Shown: positions 37,652 through 48,802 of the stretch, piece by piece
How positions within the stretch are numbered: position 1 is the first letter of the stretch
Layout of the letters: each line of letters opens with the position of its first letter
Assembly (NCBI GenBank): GCA_903900335.1
Contig: CAIUMP010000030.1
Coordinates: forward strand, 8,068 to 72,067
Direction of reading: 5' to 3'
Origin: an uncultured Ignavibacteriota bacterium
GTDB lineage: Bacteria; Bacteroidota; Ignavibacteria; Palsa-1295
Length of the DNA stretch: 64,000 nt
The notes under the pieces: model-generated
Told to the model about the DNA's origin: nothing
The model's database searches: none
Seen by the model: only the letters and a program-made list of their open reading frames with translations
Translations under genes and position numbers: made by a program

Positions 37652-38407
37652 TTAGTTGGAGTGTGAGATCATCCGGGCGGTGGTGCCGTAGTGTCCCTTT
37701 TGTATCCAATCGTTGTAGGTGTGGACGATCTCAACCACGGGCATCCCGAGATCATAGACTAGATCGGATTCAATGTAGATCGTGAAGAACGTCGTAAAGC
37801 CTTCGGTAGGCGGAGTGATAGTGTGTAGAATATGCTTCGCATTGTACACAATGCCTTGCACCTTCACATCCTCATCAGTTTGCAATTTACCCTGGTCGTA
37901 AATGTCCGTGCTAAAGTTGCCGACGAAGCGCCCGATATTGAAATAGGTGGACCAGTTCATACTCGCCGTTGACGAAGTAGGCCCAGCGTATTCAACCCAC
38001 CCTTCATCGGACAAGGGATAAGAGCCAAAATACACGGACCAAATCGGTTGTGCCCAATCCCATATACGTACCGCTCCATCGGCATCCTGATACATACGGC
38101 CAACGGTTGACTTCCGTGTCCGCGTCGAACTGTCACGATAGACTGTTACATTCGATATTCCCAAGTAGAATTGGTTGACTGCCGTAATGGTGCGAATAAT
38201 CGTATCATAGGCTGTGGGTAGCTCATTGTCAAAATTGGCGGATGAAGTGTCACGCTGGGTAACAGCATACGTCGCCGTAGCTCCACTCTTCCATTGCATC
38301 ACCGTTGGGGGAGCGGGGGTTGGCGATGTGCTTGACGAGTTCGAACATGAAGCAATCGCCAACGATGCGACGACAAGGAGAAAGAATAGAGAGTGAGATG
38401 AGTTCAT
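37652..38407 (-). CDS. Hypothetical lipoprotein
   Basis: Lipobox IASC followed by a Ser/Pro linker. Confidence 0.7.
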   Translation of the reverse strand: MNSSHSLFFLLVVASLAIASCSNSSSTSPTPAPPTVMQWKSGATATYAVTQRDTSSANFDNELPTAYDTIIRTITAVNQFYLGISNVTVYRDSSTRTRKSTVGRMYQDADGAVRIWDWAQPIWSVYFGSYPLSDEGWVEYAGPTSSTASMNWSTYFNIGRFVGNFSTDIYDQGKLQTDEDVKVQGIVYNAKHILHTITPPTEGFTTFFTIYIESDLVYDLGMPVVEIVHTYNDWIQKGHYGTTARMISHSN

Positions 38408-38466
38408 CGTTGTATCTCGTTTGACCTCTGCAATACAGCACGAAGGCTGCACATGATGCTATGCTG

Positions 38467-38805
38467 TCAGCCTGGTGGCCACGCCATAGTTCGCCCACCG
38501 AGTAGGTGCATGTGAATATGAGCGACCGACTGACCAGCGTCCGGACCACAATTGATGATAAGCCGATAACCGCTTTCGGCAACACCCAGATCACTGGCGA
38601 TTTGTTTTGCAACGACGAACATCATCCCAAGCAGCGCTGCGTCGTCACTTTCCACATCGTTTACCGAAGCGATCGCCCGACGTGGAATGATGACGACGTG
38701 CTGTGGTGCCTGTGGATTTATATCACGAAAGGCAACGATCATATCATCCTCAAAGAGGATCGTTGCAGGTATCTCGTGATTTGCAATCTTTTCAAAGAGC
38801 GTCAT
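38467..38805 (-). CDS. HIT family nucleotide-binding protein (HinT-like)
   Basis: AFRDINPQAPQH, GQSVAHIHMHLLGGR, WPPG. Confidence 0.93.
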   Translation of the reverse strand: MTLFEKIANHEIPATILFEDDMIVAFRDINPQAPQHVVIIPRRAIASVNDVESDDAALLGMMFVVAKQIASDLGVAESGYRLIINCGPDAGQSVAHIHMHLLGGRTMAWPPG

Positions 38806-38809
38806 TGCA

Positions 38810-40465
38810 TTAATTCTTAATCGCCATTTCTACTGGATGACCCGCACGGAGCTTGCCGATTCCAAGCCGGTAGCTCGCCTCACCCTTCTCCACACTAATG
38901 CCGCCATCTTCCTGGAGCGACAGCACATATGGGCCGAACGACGGAGAAACCTTCGATCCCTTCGTCATTGATGCGAGCACGCGGACCGTCGAATCAAGAT
39001 AGCGGTCCGCTGAGCCGAGATTAACAGGAATCGCGGGCGTTGTTGATTTTACTCCTGGGTCGCTCGTCCGAACAAGTCCACCGCGTGGTTGGAACTCCGC
39101 AGGACGCTTGAGCAGATCGGGCTCGGTAAACAGATACAGGGGAGCTGTGCATGAATACGAGAAGATCCCTACAAGCGCTCGAGCAGAATTCTGCAGGAGC
39201 ATAGAATCAACCACGAATCGAATGCGAATGCTGTCCATGTGCTCATCTTCGAGGACTGTCTGGTGCTCCTGACGAACAAGCGTACGGGCCGATTTCAGCA
39301 CATCCTCTGCGGCCGCACTACCCGCACTTACGGAAAACATGTTTATGGATGCTGTCACGATCAGGGTGATAAGAGCACCGGTATAGATCAATCTATCCGC
39401 AGGCGTGCGGCGCACTGCAGGGCCACCGGAGTAAGAACCTGCGAGAATAAGCGTGATCGCAAAGATGCATCCGGATTCAGTTTCAAAACCCATTCCACCC
39501 AGTAACGGCCCGAGCATGGCGATCACCAATAGGGTGTAACCAGCCGTGCGCAACGCGCGTGATTGCCACGTCGCCTCTTCGATCGCCAACAGGTACGCGC
39601 GAGCGAAGCACGCAAGCAGAACGACACCAAAGAACGCAGCAATCAACCAATGTAAGACGTCGCCGTAGCGAAATGTTGCTTCCAGAATATTTGGTGCTGG
39701 AGTAAGAACGAAGAGCAGACGGCCAAGCCCGCTCGGCAGAAAACTGCTTGAAGAGAGGCGGAGTATGGGCTCGCCGGCTAATAGCCCGGTTAGGACTAAC
39801 ATAGCGCCAGGAAGCAGCAGGCCCATCACCGATCGCGGCTCACTCAGCCATCCTTGTGAAAGATGCACGGAGCGACGCTGCTCCGCAAGTATCAATAGCA
39901 CCACTACCACACACATGAGAAAGACCAACGCGCTACAGAGTGCTACCAGCATCAATCCGATGCTCAGTATCCAGTATGCCACACGGCGCGGATGATTCTG
40001 TGATACGAAGAACACCAGCACCCAAAGAGCGACGGTCTCGCCAAGCAGATAGGGAGTCGCTCCAGTAAACCAAATACCGCTAAGCGATAGAACCGGAATA
40101 AGAAAGTACACGGTCTCGTCACGCACACGCAGTGTGCGGAAGAGCATAACCATGGCAAATCCGCGCATGAATATCGCCCCGAATGTCAGCAGCAAACGCG
40201 TGACAACTTCCCCGGAAAAGAGGATCGTGAGAAAGCCGGAAAGCAATGGAGCCCCGATGTTTGCCGCAGGATATTGAATCAGCCGCCATGTGTCGGTCGC
40301 ATGACCGAAGAGATGCTGATGCACTAACTCCGCTTGCAGCGCCCACAACCCTGCATCAAGTGGAAGATACTTGAACAGGAATATCCACAACGCCTCCAAG
40401 AAGAGGATCGCGGTGATTACTGTGGTAGCGCGGCGTTCTTTTGCTCCGGTGGATTCGTCAAGCAT
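38810..40465 (-). CDS. Multi-pass membrane protein (possibly GT-C-like)
   Basis: About 11 hydrophobic segments, YLPLD motif after TM1, soluble C-terminus. Confidence 0.6.
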   Translation of the reverse strand: MLDESTGAKERRATTVITAILFLEALWIFLFKYLPLDAGLWALQAELVHQHLFGHATDTWRLIQYPAANIGAPLLSGFLTILFSGEVVTRLLLTFGAIFMRGFAMVMLFRTLRVRDETVYFLIPVLSLSGIWFTGATPYLLGETVALWVLVFFVSQNHPRRVAYWILSIGLMLVALCSALVFLMCVVVVLLILAEQRRSVHLSQGWLSEPRSVMGLLLPGAMLVLTGLLAGEPILRLSSSSFLPSGLGRLLFVLTPAPNILEATFRYGDVLHWLIAAFFGVVLLACFARAYLLAIEEATWQSRALRTAGYTLLVIAMLGPLLGGMGFETESGCIFAITLILAGSYSGGPAVRRTPADRLIYTGALITLIVTASINMFSVSAGSAAAEDVLKSARTLVRQEHQTVLEDEHMDSIRIRFVVDSMLLQNSARALVGIFSYSCTAPLYLFTEPDLLKRPAEFQPRGGLVRTSDPGVKSTTPAIPVNLGSADRYLDSTVRVLASMTKGSKVSPSFGPYVLSLQEDGGISVEKGEASYRLGIGKLRAGHPVEMAIKN

Positions 40466-40482
40466 TCGGGACGTGTGTTAAC

Positions 40483-42186
<1,704 letters not shown>

Positions 42187-42187
42187 T

Positions 42188-42907
42188 CTACAAATCTCCG
42201 CCGATTGGCCTGATAATAATTTCTTCGATGAGCGCCCGGCCGGGTTGCTGGAGCGCATGGACGATAGCGAGCGCGATGTCCTCTGGCTGCATCATCAGTT
42301 CGTGGTGTTTGGCGCGCTCGTCCGCGCCCCACAACTCCGTTTCGGTCGCGCCCGGAAGAACAGCAATCACGCGGACTCCGTGCGCCCGCGCTTCTTCCCG
42401 CAGCGAATTCGTAAAGCCGAGAGCCGCAAACTTACTCGCCACATACGCCGCGCCGTTCCGGTACGCCTTGATGCTGGCCACGGAAAGTATCTGCACGATG
42501 GCCCCTTCGCCACGCTCGAACATGGCCGGCAGCACCTCGCGCGAGGTGAGGAACACGCCTCGGGTGTTCGTTGCGATCACGCTATCGAACTCCTCCAGGG
42601 TCGTCTCTGAAAAGGTGCTCCACGGCGAGACGCCCGCGCTGTTGATGAGCAGATGCGGTGCGACACCGAACTCCTGCACAATGAGCTCGTACGCTCCCTT
42701 CACGCTCTCCTCGCTAGTGATGTCACACACAATGGCCTTCGCATTGCAGCCGGTGGCCACTATACGCGCAACCGCCGCGCTCAGTTCGGCTTCATTTCTG
42801 CTACTAAGTGCGAGGCGATAACCCTCTCGGGCAAGCGCCAAAGCACACGCAAAGCCAATGCCGCGAGAGCCGCCGAGTATCCATGCAATGCGTGCTGTGT
42901 TGTTCAT
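42188..42907 (-). CDS. SDR family oxidoreductase
   Basis: GGSRGIG, INSAG, YVASK; TAGATTTG promoter element 6 nt before the ATG. Confidence 0.92.
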   Translation of the reverse strand: MNNTARIAWILGGSRGIGFACALALAREGYRLALSSRNEAELSAAVARIVATGCNAKAIVCDITSEESVKGAYELIVQEFGVAPHLLINSAGVSPWSTFSETTLEEFDSVIATNTRGVFLTSREVLPAMFERGEGAIVQILSVASIKAYRNGAAYVASKFAALGFTNSLREEARAHGVRVIAVLPGATETELWGADERAKHHELMMQPEDIALAIVHALQQPGRALIEEIIIRPIGGDL

Positions 42908-42992
42908 GCGGTGCAAATCTACGAAGAAACGGGGGAAGTCTTGCGCTTCAGACTTTCACGCGCGAGACTTAACCTGAATCCAGCGCCAGAAC

Positions 42993-43028
42993 GCGAACGA
43001 TCCCCGAGTGCCCTCGGGGATCGTTCGC
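42993..43028 (-). terminator. 16-bp perfect stem-loop after the 741-aa gene
   Basis: gcgaacgatccccgag-tgcc-ctcggggatcgttcgc; weak U tract. Confidence 0.6.
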
Positions 43029-43053
43029 TAGATTGAATTTGCTACTTGGACGG

Positions 43054-45279
43054 TTATCTAACGACAGCCAGTTGGCGGGTTAGTTGTTTGCCGTCGGTCG
43101 TCAGGGCACAGAAGTAGGTGCCGTTGGCGAGTCCGTTGGCATCGAGCGTATAGACATGCTCGCCGCCTGAAAGCGCTTCGTTAACGATCGTCTTCACAAT
43201 ATTTCCCTGCTCGTCCAGCAGTTCCAGACGGGTGAGTGACTCGCTCGGCAGCACAAAGCTAATGGTGCTTATACCGCTAAACGGATTCGGGTAATTTTGT
43301 GCGAGTGTAAGCGCCGTGTTGGTTGTGCCGCTCGCTGCAACGCCTGCTGTCGGCGCCATACTGCCTGTCAGCACATAGGAGAATCCCTTGAGTGGGGTTG
43401 GTGCGGAGCTCGGGAATGTGAGTGTTGCCGTCTCCTGATTCATCGAGGTCGGCGTGAACTGCATCGCGATAGAACCTGTGCCGCCAGCCGGAATAACCAC
43501 TGGATCCATTGGCGTCGTGACCATAAAGTCCGCGGCGTTCGCACCAGTGATGACCGGCGTGCCGGGTGTCCAATCCATGTTGCCGTTGTTGGTGATGGTC
43601 ACAAGGAAGTTCTGCGGATTCTCCGCTGCGAGTATGGCTGGCCCGCCTGCGGCTGTCAGAGAAACGCCACCGCCCGTTCCGAGGAGCTGCACCGTCATCG
43701 GTGTCACACCCTCGCCGCCAGTGATCGTCAGCATCGCACCGGACTGCGTGAAGTCGGTTGGCGTAAAAGCGATGGTGAACGATGCTGTCTGTCCTGGCTG
43801 CACGAGTGTGCTGGTCGTTGCACCGCTGATAGCATAGGCGGTCGAGTTGCCCGTGAGCTTCGCGGTGTAGAACGTCGCCACATCACCGCAATTGGTGATC
43901 GTGACCGTTTGCTTGTCGCTTGTTCCGACCAACGTCTTCGTTTGATCGAATAGGACGGTCACGGATGGCGTCGCACATGCAGTCAAACCCACACCCGTGA
44001 TCGTGACCGGGGCCGATTGATCCACAAAGCCCGCCGAGAGCGTTGTGAAGCTCACATTAACAGAGCGCGCTGCACCGGTTGAAGGTGTGAAGCATATATT
44101 GATGAGGCGGAATGAATTCGGTGCGATCGTCACGGGAAGTGAGCCATCGCCAATCGCAAAGTCGCTGCCGCCAACGCCTGAGAAGGTTGCGCCTGTCACG
44201 GTCACATCAGCCAAGCCGGTATTCCAAAGTGTATCCACCGTGCAATTCGTCATACCGACGATGGCGGTGTCGGGCAGAGTCTGCGTTGCGTTAATCGTGC
44301 CGACCAGGATACCGATTCCATCAAGCCCGACGGAGACCGATTGCGGTGCATCCGCGTCCGTATTGAAAGAAAGTGTTTCGCTGCTCAGGCCGCCTTCCGT
44401 GGGCTTGAAATAGACAGTGATCGAGTCAACCGTTGGGTTGGCGATCGTACCGGGTGCAAGTGAGGATGCCGCGTACTGCATCGAGAAATCACCGCCTGTA
44501 ACCTGCACGTTCGTCAAGTGGATTGTTGTTGGATTCGGATTAGAAACAACGATGCTCAGGGTACCCGACTTCTTACCCACCACTACCTGACCGAAATCCA
44601 ACGGCATTGTCGGCGTGATGCCGATGATGTTTGTGTGCGTACCGGATATCACCACATTATCAATGGCGGCGTTTCCACCGACATGCGTCGTCGCGGCTTG
44701 CCAGCCGACCTGCAGCTCGTTCGTGCAGTATCCCTGGGGGATGGCAATGTGGTAGTGTCTCCATGCGCCAGGATCGGAAGGGAGTGTCGTCAGCGCGGTG
44801 TAAGATGGGTTGCTGTAAGTGTAGTCTGTTGTGGTATATAGATTCAACACTTGTTGGCTACCATTGGAGTTGACCAAATAGACAAGGAAGTTGTTGTCAG
44901 CGACGGAGCCGGAATCTCTGTTGGTGAAATTGTACTCCCAGAAGAAGTCGAAGTCCACAAATGCACTGTCGTTGGAATAACCCCACTCACCAGCGTTCAA
45001 CGCAGGCGTCAGCATCATGCCGATGGAGCCATTGATCATGTCACAGACAGCCGCGCCGTTCGAACCATTTAGGCCGGTTGAGGAATAATACCAGCCGGTG
45101 CCGCTAGTCCAATCGTCGTGACTTGAATCCACCCACGAAGCGGGCGGGAAGGTTGTGCTGGAGAAATCCTGATTAACAAGAGTATCTGTGGTCGCAGCAT
45201 TGCCTTGGGAGGCAATGCCGAAATAGAGTGTGAGCGCAAGCGCTGTGGTTCGCGCAATACTTTGTATGCGTGTATTCAT
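43054..45279 (-). CDS. T9SS-secreted choice-of-anchor D protein (741 aa), paralog of 29969-32932
   Basis: QDFSSTTFPPASW, four Ig repeats, CTD QNYPNPFS..LANGTYF. Confidence 0.9.
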   Translation of the reverse strand: MNTRIQSIARTTALALTLYFGIASQGNAATTDTLVNQDFSSTTFPPASWVDSSHDDWTSGTGWYYSSTGLNGSNGAAVCDMINGSIGMMLTPALNAGEWGYSNDSAFVDFDFFWEYNFTNRDSGSVADNNFLVYLVNSNGSQQVLNLYTTTDYTYSNPSYTALTTLPSDPGAWRHYHIAIPQGYCTNELQVGWQAATTHVGGNAAIDNVVISGTHTNIIGITPTMPLDFGQVVVGKKSGTLSIVVSNPNPTTIHLTNVQVTGGDFSMQYAASSLAPGTIANPTVDSITVYFKPTEGGLSSETLSFNTDADAPQSVSVGLDGIGILVGTINATQTLPDTAIVGMTNCTVDTLWNTGLADVTVTGATFSGVGGSDFAIGDGSLPVTIAPNSFRLINICFTPSTGAARSVNVSFTTLSAGFVDQSAPVTITGVGLTACATPSVTVLFDQTKTLVGTSDKQTVTITNCGDVATFYTAKLTGNSTAYAISGATTSTLVQPGQTASFTIAFTPTDFTQSGAMLTITGGEGVTPMTVQLLGTGGGVSLTAAGGPAILAAENPQNFLVTITNNGNMDWTPGTPVITGANAADFMVTTPMDPVVIPAGGTGSIAMQFTPTSMNQETATLTFPSSAPTPLKGFSYVLTGSMAPTAGVAASGTTNTALTLAQNYPNPFSGISTISFVLPSESLTRLELLDEQGNIVKTIVNEALSGGEHVYTLDANGLANGTYFCALTTDGKQLTRQLAVVR

Positions 45280-45641
45280 AAGAACGTATGTTTAGACCGA
45301 GTGGAAACCGACAACAAATGTTGCCTTTCACGGCGCTTGACGGCGACCGTTTGCGTGATGCCCTTTTGAGCGAACCGACGGTGAAAAGTTTAATGGCACT
45401 GTGGATAAGCTCTCATCCTAACTGGCCCTCACCTTATCGGCTGTTGATAAAACACCTTAGGGAGGCAGACATAACAAGAAAAATGCGGAAGCCCAAAAAG
45501 CCCCCATTTAAGGCGAAAATACGCTATGGAACAGCACGAGCGCTTCCAGCTGTCACTAACGCCGACCTGTTCGTGTTTTCCGATCTCCACTGGATCTTAT
45601 TGAAACTCTGCAAGACACAACTACAAACTCACACTCCATAC

Positions 45642-46958
45642 ATGATCCCACGTTACACACGCCCGGAGATGGGCGCCATTTGGGCCGATGAAAACCGCTA
45701 CCGTATCTGGCTAGAACTGGAACTCCTTGCCACAGCGAAACAAGAAGAGCTGGGAATAATCCCTGCTGGCACTGTCGATGGCATTCGCGCAAAGGCCAAT
45801 TTCACCGTGGAGCGTATCGATGAGATCGAGCGAGAGACGAAGCACGACGTCATCGCCTTCCTCACCAACGTGGCGGAGTATGTCGGCCCGGACTCCCGCT
45901 TTCTGCATCTCGGAATGACCTCTAGCGACGTGGTGGATACCTCGTTCTCCGTGCAGTGTATGCAGTCAGGGAAGTTACTTGTAGCTGGTATTGAACGACT
46001 GATCGAGGCAATTGGCATTCGAGCGAAGGAGTTCAAGCACACACCTATCATGGGGCGTACGCATGGCATTCATGCTGAGCCAACAACCTTTGGCCTGAAG
46101 CTCGCCGTTTTCTATGCTGAGATGAATCGCTGCAAGGAGCGCATGGAGCGCGCGGTGAAGACGATCTCCGTCGGCAAGATCTCTGGTGCAGTGGGAACAT
46201 TCGAGCATCTCGATCCGAGTGTGGAGGAATACGTGTGTGAACATCTCGGCCTCACTCCCGCGCCAATCTCCACGCAGATCATCCAGCGTGATCGCCACGC
46301 GGAGTTCTTTACGGCCATTGCGCTTGTAGGTGCAAGCTTGGAGAAGTTGGCGGTGGAGCTCCGCCATTTGCAGCGCACCGAAGTTCGGGAGGTCGAGGAG
46401 TATTTCTCGAAGGGGCAAAAAGGATCTAGCGCTATGCCGCACAAACGTAACCCGATCACGCTGGAACGCGTCACTGGGCTGGCGCGCCTACTTCGCGGCT
46501 ATGCAACAACTGCAATGGAGAACGTAGCGCTTTGGCACGAGCGAGACATCTCGCATTCATCCACCGAGCGTATCATCGGTCCCGATGCCACGATCGCGCT
46601 CGACTATATGCTCGAACTTATGACGAAGACCGTCAGCACGATGTTCGTCTACCCGGAGGCGATGCAGCGCAATCTCAATCTCACGCGCGGCCTCGTTTTC
46701 AGTCAACCGGTGCTGCTGCTGCTCGCCAAAAGTGGACTTACTCGCGAGGACTCCTACAAGATAGTCCAGCGCAATGCGATGCAAGTCTGGGAGCATGCGG
46801 CCAGCGGCAGTCACCCAGAGATCACCTTCCGCGGGCTGATCGAGAACGACCCCGACATTAAGGGACGCCTAACAAACGCCGAGTTGGATGCTGCGTTCAA
46901 TCCTGCTGCCGCAACGAAACATATCGAGAGGATCTTCGAGCGGGTTGGGTTAGCTTGA
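45642..46958 (+). CDS. purB: Adenylosuccinate lyase
   Basis: MIPRYTRPEM, HDVIAF, GRTHGIHAEP, GSSAMPHKRNP, WHERDISHSS. Confidence 0.96.
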   Translation: MIPRYTRPEMGAIWADENRYRIWLELELLATAKQEELGIIPAGTVDGIRAKANFTVERIDEIERETKHDVIAFLTNVAEYVGPDSRFLHLGMTSSDVVDTSFSVQCMQSGKLLVAGIERLIEAIGIRAKEFKHTPIMGRTHGIHAEPTTFGLKLAVFYAEMNRCKERMERAVKTISVGKISGAVGTFEHLDPSVEEYVCEHLGLTPAPISTQIIQRDRHAEFFTAIALVGASLEKLAVELRHLQRTEVREVEEYFSKGQKGSSAMPHKRNPITLERVTGLARLLRGYATTAMENVALWHERDISHSSTERIIGPDATIALDYMLELMTKTVSTMFVYPEAMQRNLNLTRGLVFSQPVLLLLAKSGLTREDSYKIVQRNAMQVWEHAASGSHPEITFRGLIENDPDIKGRLTNAELDAAFNPAAATKHIERIFERVGLA

Positions 46959-47054
46959 TATGCGAGACGGACAATGGCCCGCGACACTCGCCTCCGGACC
47001 CGCACTAATTTCTACGTTCGCGGTTGTGAGGAATCTCCAATTCCCGAATGAAGA

Positions 47055-47094
47055 AATCCGCTGACGAAGAGCACGAGCTATTCGTCAGCGGATT
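47055..47094. terminator. 14-bp stem-loop between convergent genes
   Basis: aatccgctgacgaa / ttcgtcagcggatt. Confidence 0.6.
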
Positions 47095-47151
47095 GGTTCA
47101 AGCTGCTATTTCTGCGCTCGAAATAGCCCGAGATATGAGGTAGGCTGCTTC

Positions 47152-48561
47152 TTAGAACTGCAAAGCGTTCTGGAAGTAATTTGCGTTGGCGTCGCGGCTG
47201 CCGAGTGGTGTGAGGCCCCAACGATGCTCGATGAGCGAGAGGATAGAGACCGTCTCATACAGTGTGTGATCGACATATCCCGTCTTGGCAAAGGGTGATA
47301 TCACGATACCTGGAACACGAATGCCCGGGCCCCACTTGTCAATGATTGGCGGCGGCACGTGATCCCAGAAGCCGCCATGCTCATCATACGTGATGATGAC
47401 TACACAATCCTTCCAAATGGCACTGGCCTTGATCTGGCCGATCAGGTTAACGAGGTATTGTTCTCCGGTTAGCAGGTCGGCATATCCAGGGTGCTCATTG
47501 TCCGCACCGAATGGCTTGAGGAAGGAGACAGCTGGCAGATTACCGCTTGTCAGTCCTGCGATAAAGTCTGTCTCATCTTTTAGTCGCAGCTTCTTGAGAG
47601 AGGATGTGTCCGCGCCATACTTGGCAAAATAGTTGAACGGCTGATGGTGAAATTGGAAGAGGCTGGTATCACCCGCTCCCGCCAGCATCTTGTTCCATCC
47701 GCCTGAATACCATGCCCAGGAAACACCGGCAGCATCCATACGGTCACCGATAGTTGTCATTGTCTGCTGCGGGCAGAGGTTCGCGGCTGGGCTCGCACGA
47801 TGCGGGGTGTTCACCGTTTGCAGGGTGTTGATCCCATAGCCATCGGGGCTCACAGCCCCGTCCGTGATACTACCGTCAGCGTTTATGCCTTTTGCTGTAA
47901 TTCCTGCTGGTGAATTCGGAAAGGTCGGCGCGTTGCAGGCAATCATGTAAATGTGATTAAGGAAGGAGCCGCCGAACGCGCTATGAAAGAGATTGTCGCA
48001 CAGCGTGTATTGCTGCACGATCGGATACATCGGGAGCGTGGCAGTGTGATAGTAGCCCATTGAAAGGCCCTTAGCATCGGAGTACACCGCGAATTTATCC
48101 ATCTTGCCGCCGTCGATCTGTTGCTGCTCTTGATAGTACCTGTGCACGAGATCGACCGTCTTGACATTCTCCATCGCATACTGGTCAATGTTGAACGGGC
48201 CATTGCCGTTTATTGGGCTGGGGAAAAGCTTTGTGGTAACATCGCCGGGAGGTGCAGGAAGGTTCGTGTAGGGCTGCTTCGTGGCGGTGTCAATCTGGAT
48301 CTCTTCACCGGCGGTGGCATTAGCGATACCGTTAGCTCCGGGATACTCTCCATAGAGATTGTCGAAGCTATGGTTCTCCATGTAGACGACGATCACGTGA
48401 TTGATCTTCTTGAGTCCTGTCACGGTGGTGTCAACTTTGGTCGTGGTCGTGTCCGTGGCGGCCTTACATCCTGTCAGAAACGATGCAGAGGATACCATGA
48501 GACACGCCGAAAGCACAATTGCTGCGGGCGAGAACGGGTTGGAGCGAGGTCGTGAAAACAT
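47152..48561 (-). CDS. Phosphoesterase / acid phosphatase AcpA-like lipoprotein
   Basis: Lipobox LTGC; VVYMENHSFDN, DLVHRYYQ, FGGSFLNH, FHHQPF, TYDEHGGFWDHV, GPGIRVP. Confidence 0.9.
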   Translation of the reverse strand: MFSRPRSNPFSPAAIVLSACLMVSSASFLTGCKAATDTTTTKVDTTVTGLKKINHVIVVYMENHSFDNLYGEYPGANGIANATAGEEIQIDTATKQPYTNLPAPPGDVTTKLFPSPINGNGPFNIDQYAMENVKTVDLVHRYYQEQQQIDGGKMDKFAVYSDAKGLSMGYYHTATLPMYPIVQQYTLCDNLFHSAFGGSFLNHIYMIACNAPTFPNSPAGITAKGINADGSITDGAVSPDGYGINTLQTVNTPHRASPAANLCPQQTMTTIGDRMDAAGVSWAWYSGGWNKMLAGAGDTSLFQFHHQPFNYFAKYGADTSSLKKLRLKDETDFIAGLTSGNLPAVSFLKPFGADNEHPGYADLLTGEQYLVNLIGQIKASAIWKDCVVIITYDEHGGFWDHVPPPIIDKWGPGIRVPGIVISPFAKTGYVDHTLYETVSILSLIEHRWGLTPLGSRDANANYFQNALQF

Positions 48562-48734
48562 GTACGTGTGAGCGTTGAATATTTGCAGGGTAGTTTCTGA
48601 AGCACGGCGGGCCAATTAACCCGATGCCTCTTTGATCGCTGCAAAAATGCCCTCTTCACATCACGGGATGTTTTCGCTACTGTTAGCTACTGGTCAATGC
48701 TGGATTATCAGAGCGTTAGGGAAGAAATGAATAA

Positions 48735-48770
48735 TGGGCTGCAAGAACGCATTCACGTTCTTGCAGCCCA
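48735..48770 (-). terminator. 15-bp stem-loop terminator after the giant gene
   Basis: tgggctgcaagaacg / cgttcttgcagccca followed by T-rich sequence on the minus strand. Confidence 0.7.
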
Positions 48771-48802
48771 CATTCACTAGGCTTGGGGGCTTTGCCTTGA
48801 CT

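Noticed and set aside
42187-42258. N-terminal extension of HutU overlapping the SDR gene
   Set aside because: Longest-ORF artefact; an in-frame GTG lies just after the SDR stop codon.
45288-45641. 118-aa N-terminal extension of PurB
   Set aside because: Homology starts at MIPRY (45642); the upstream part is the divergent promoter region.
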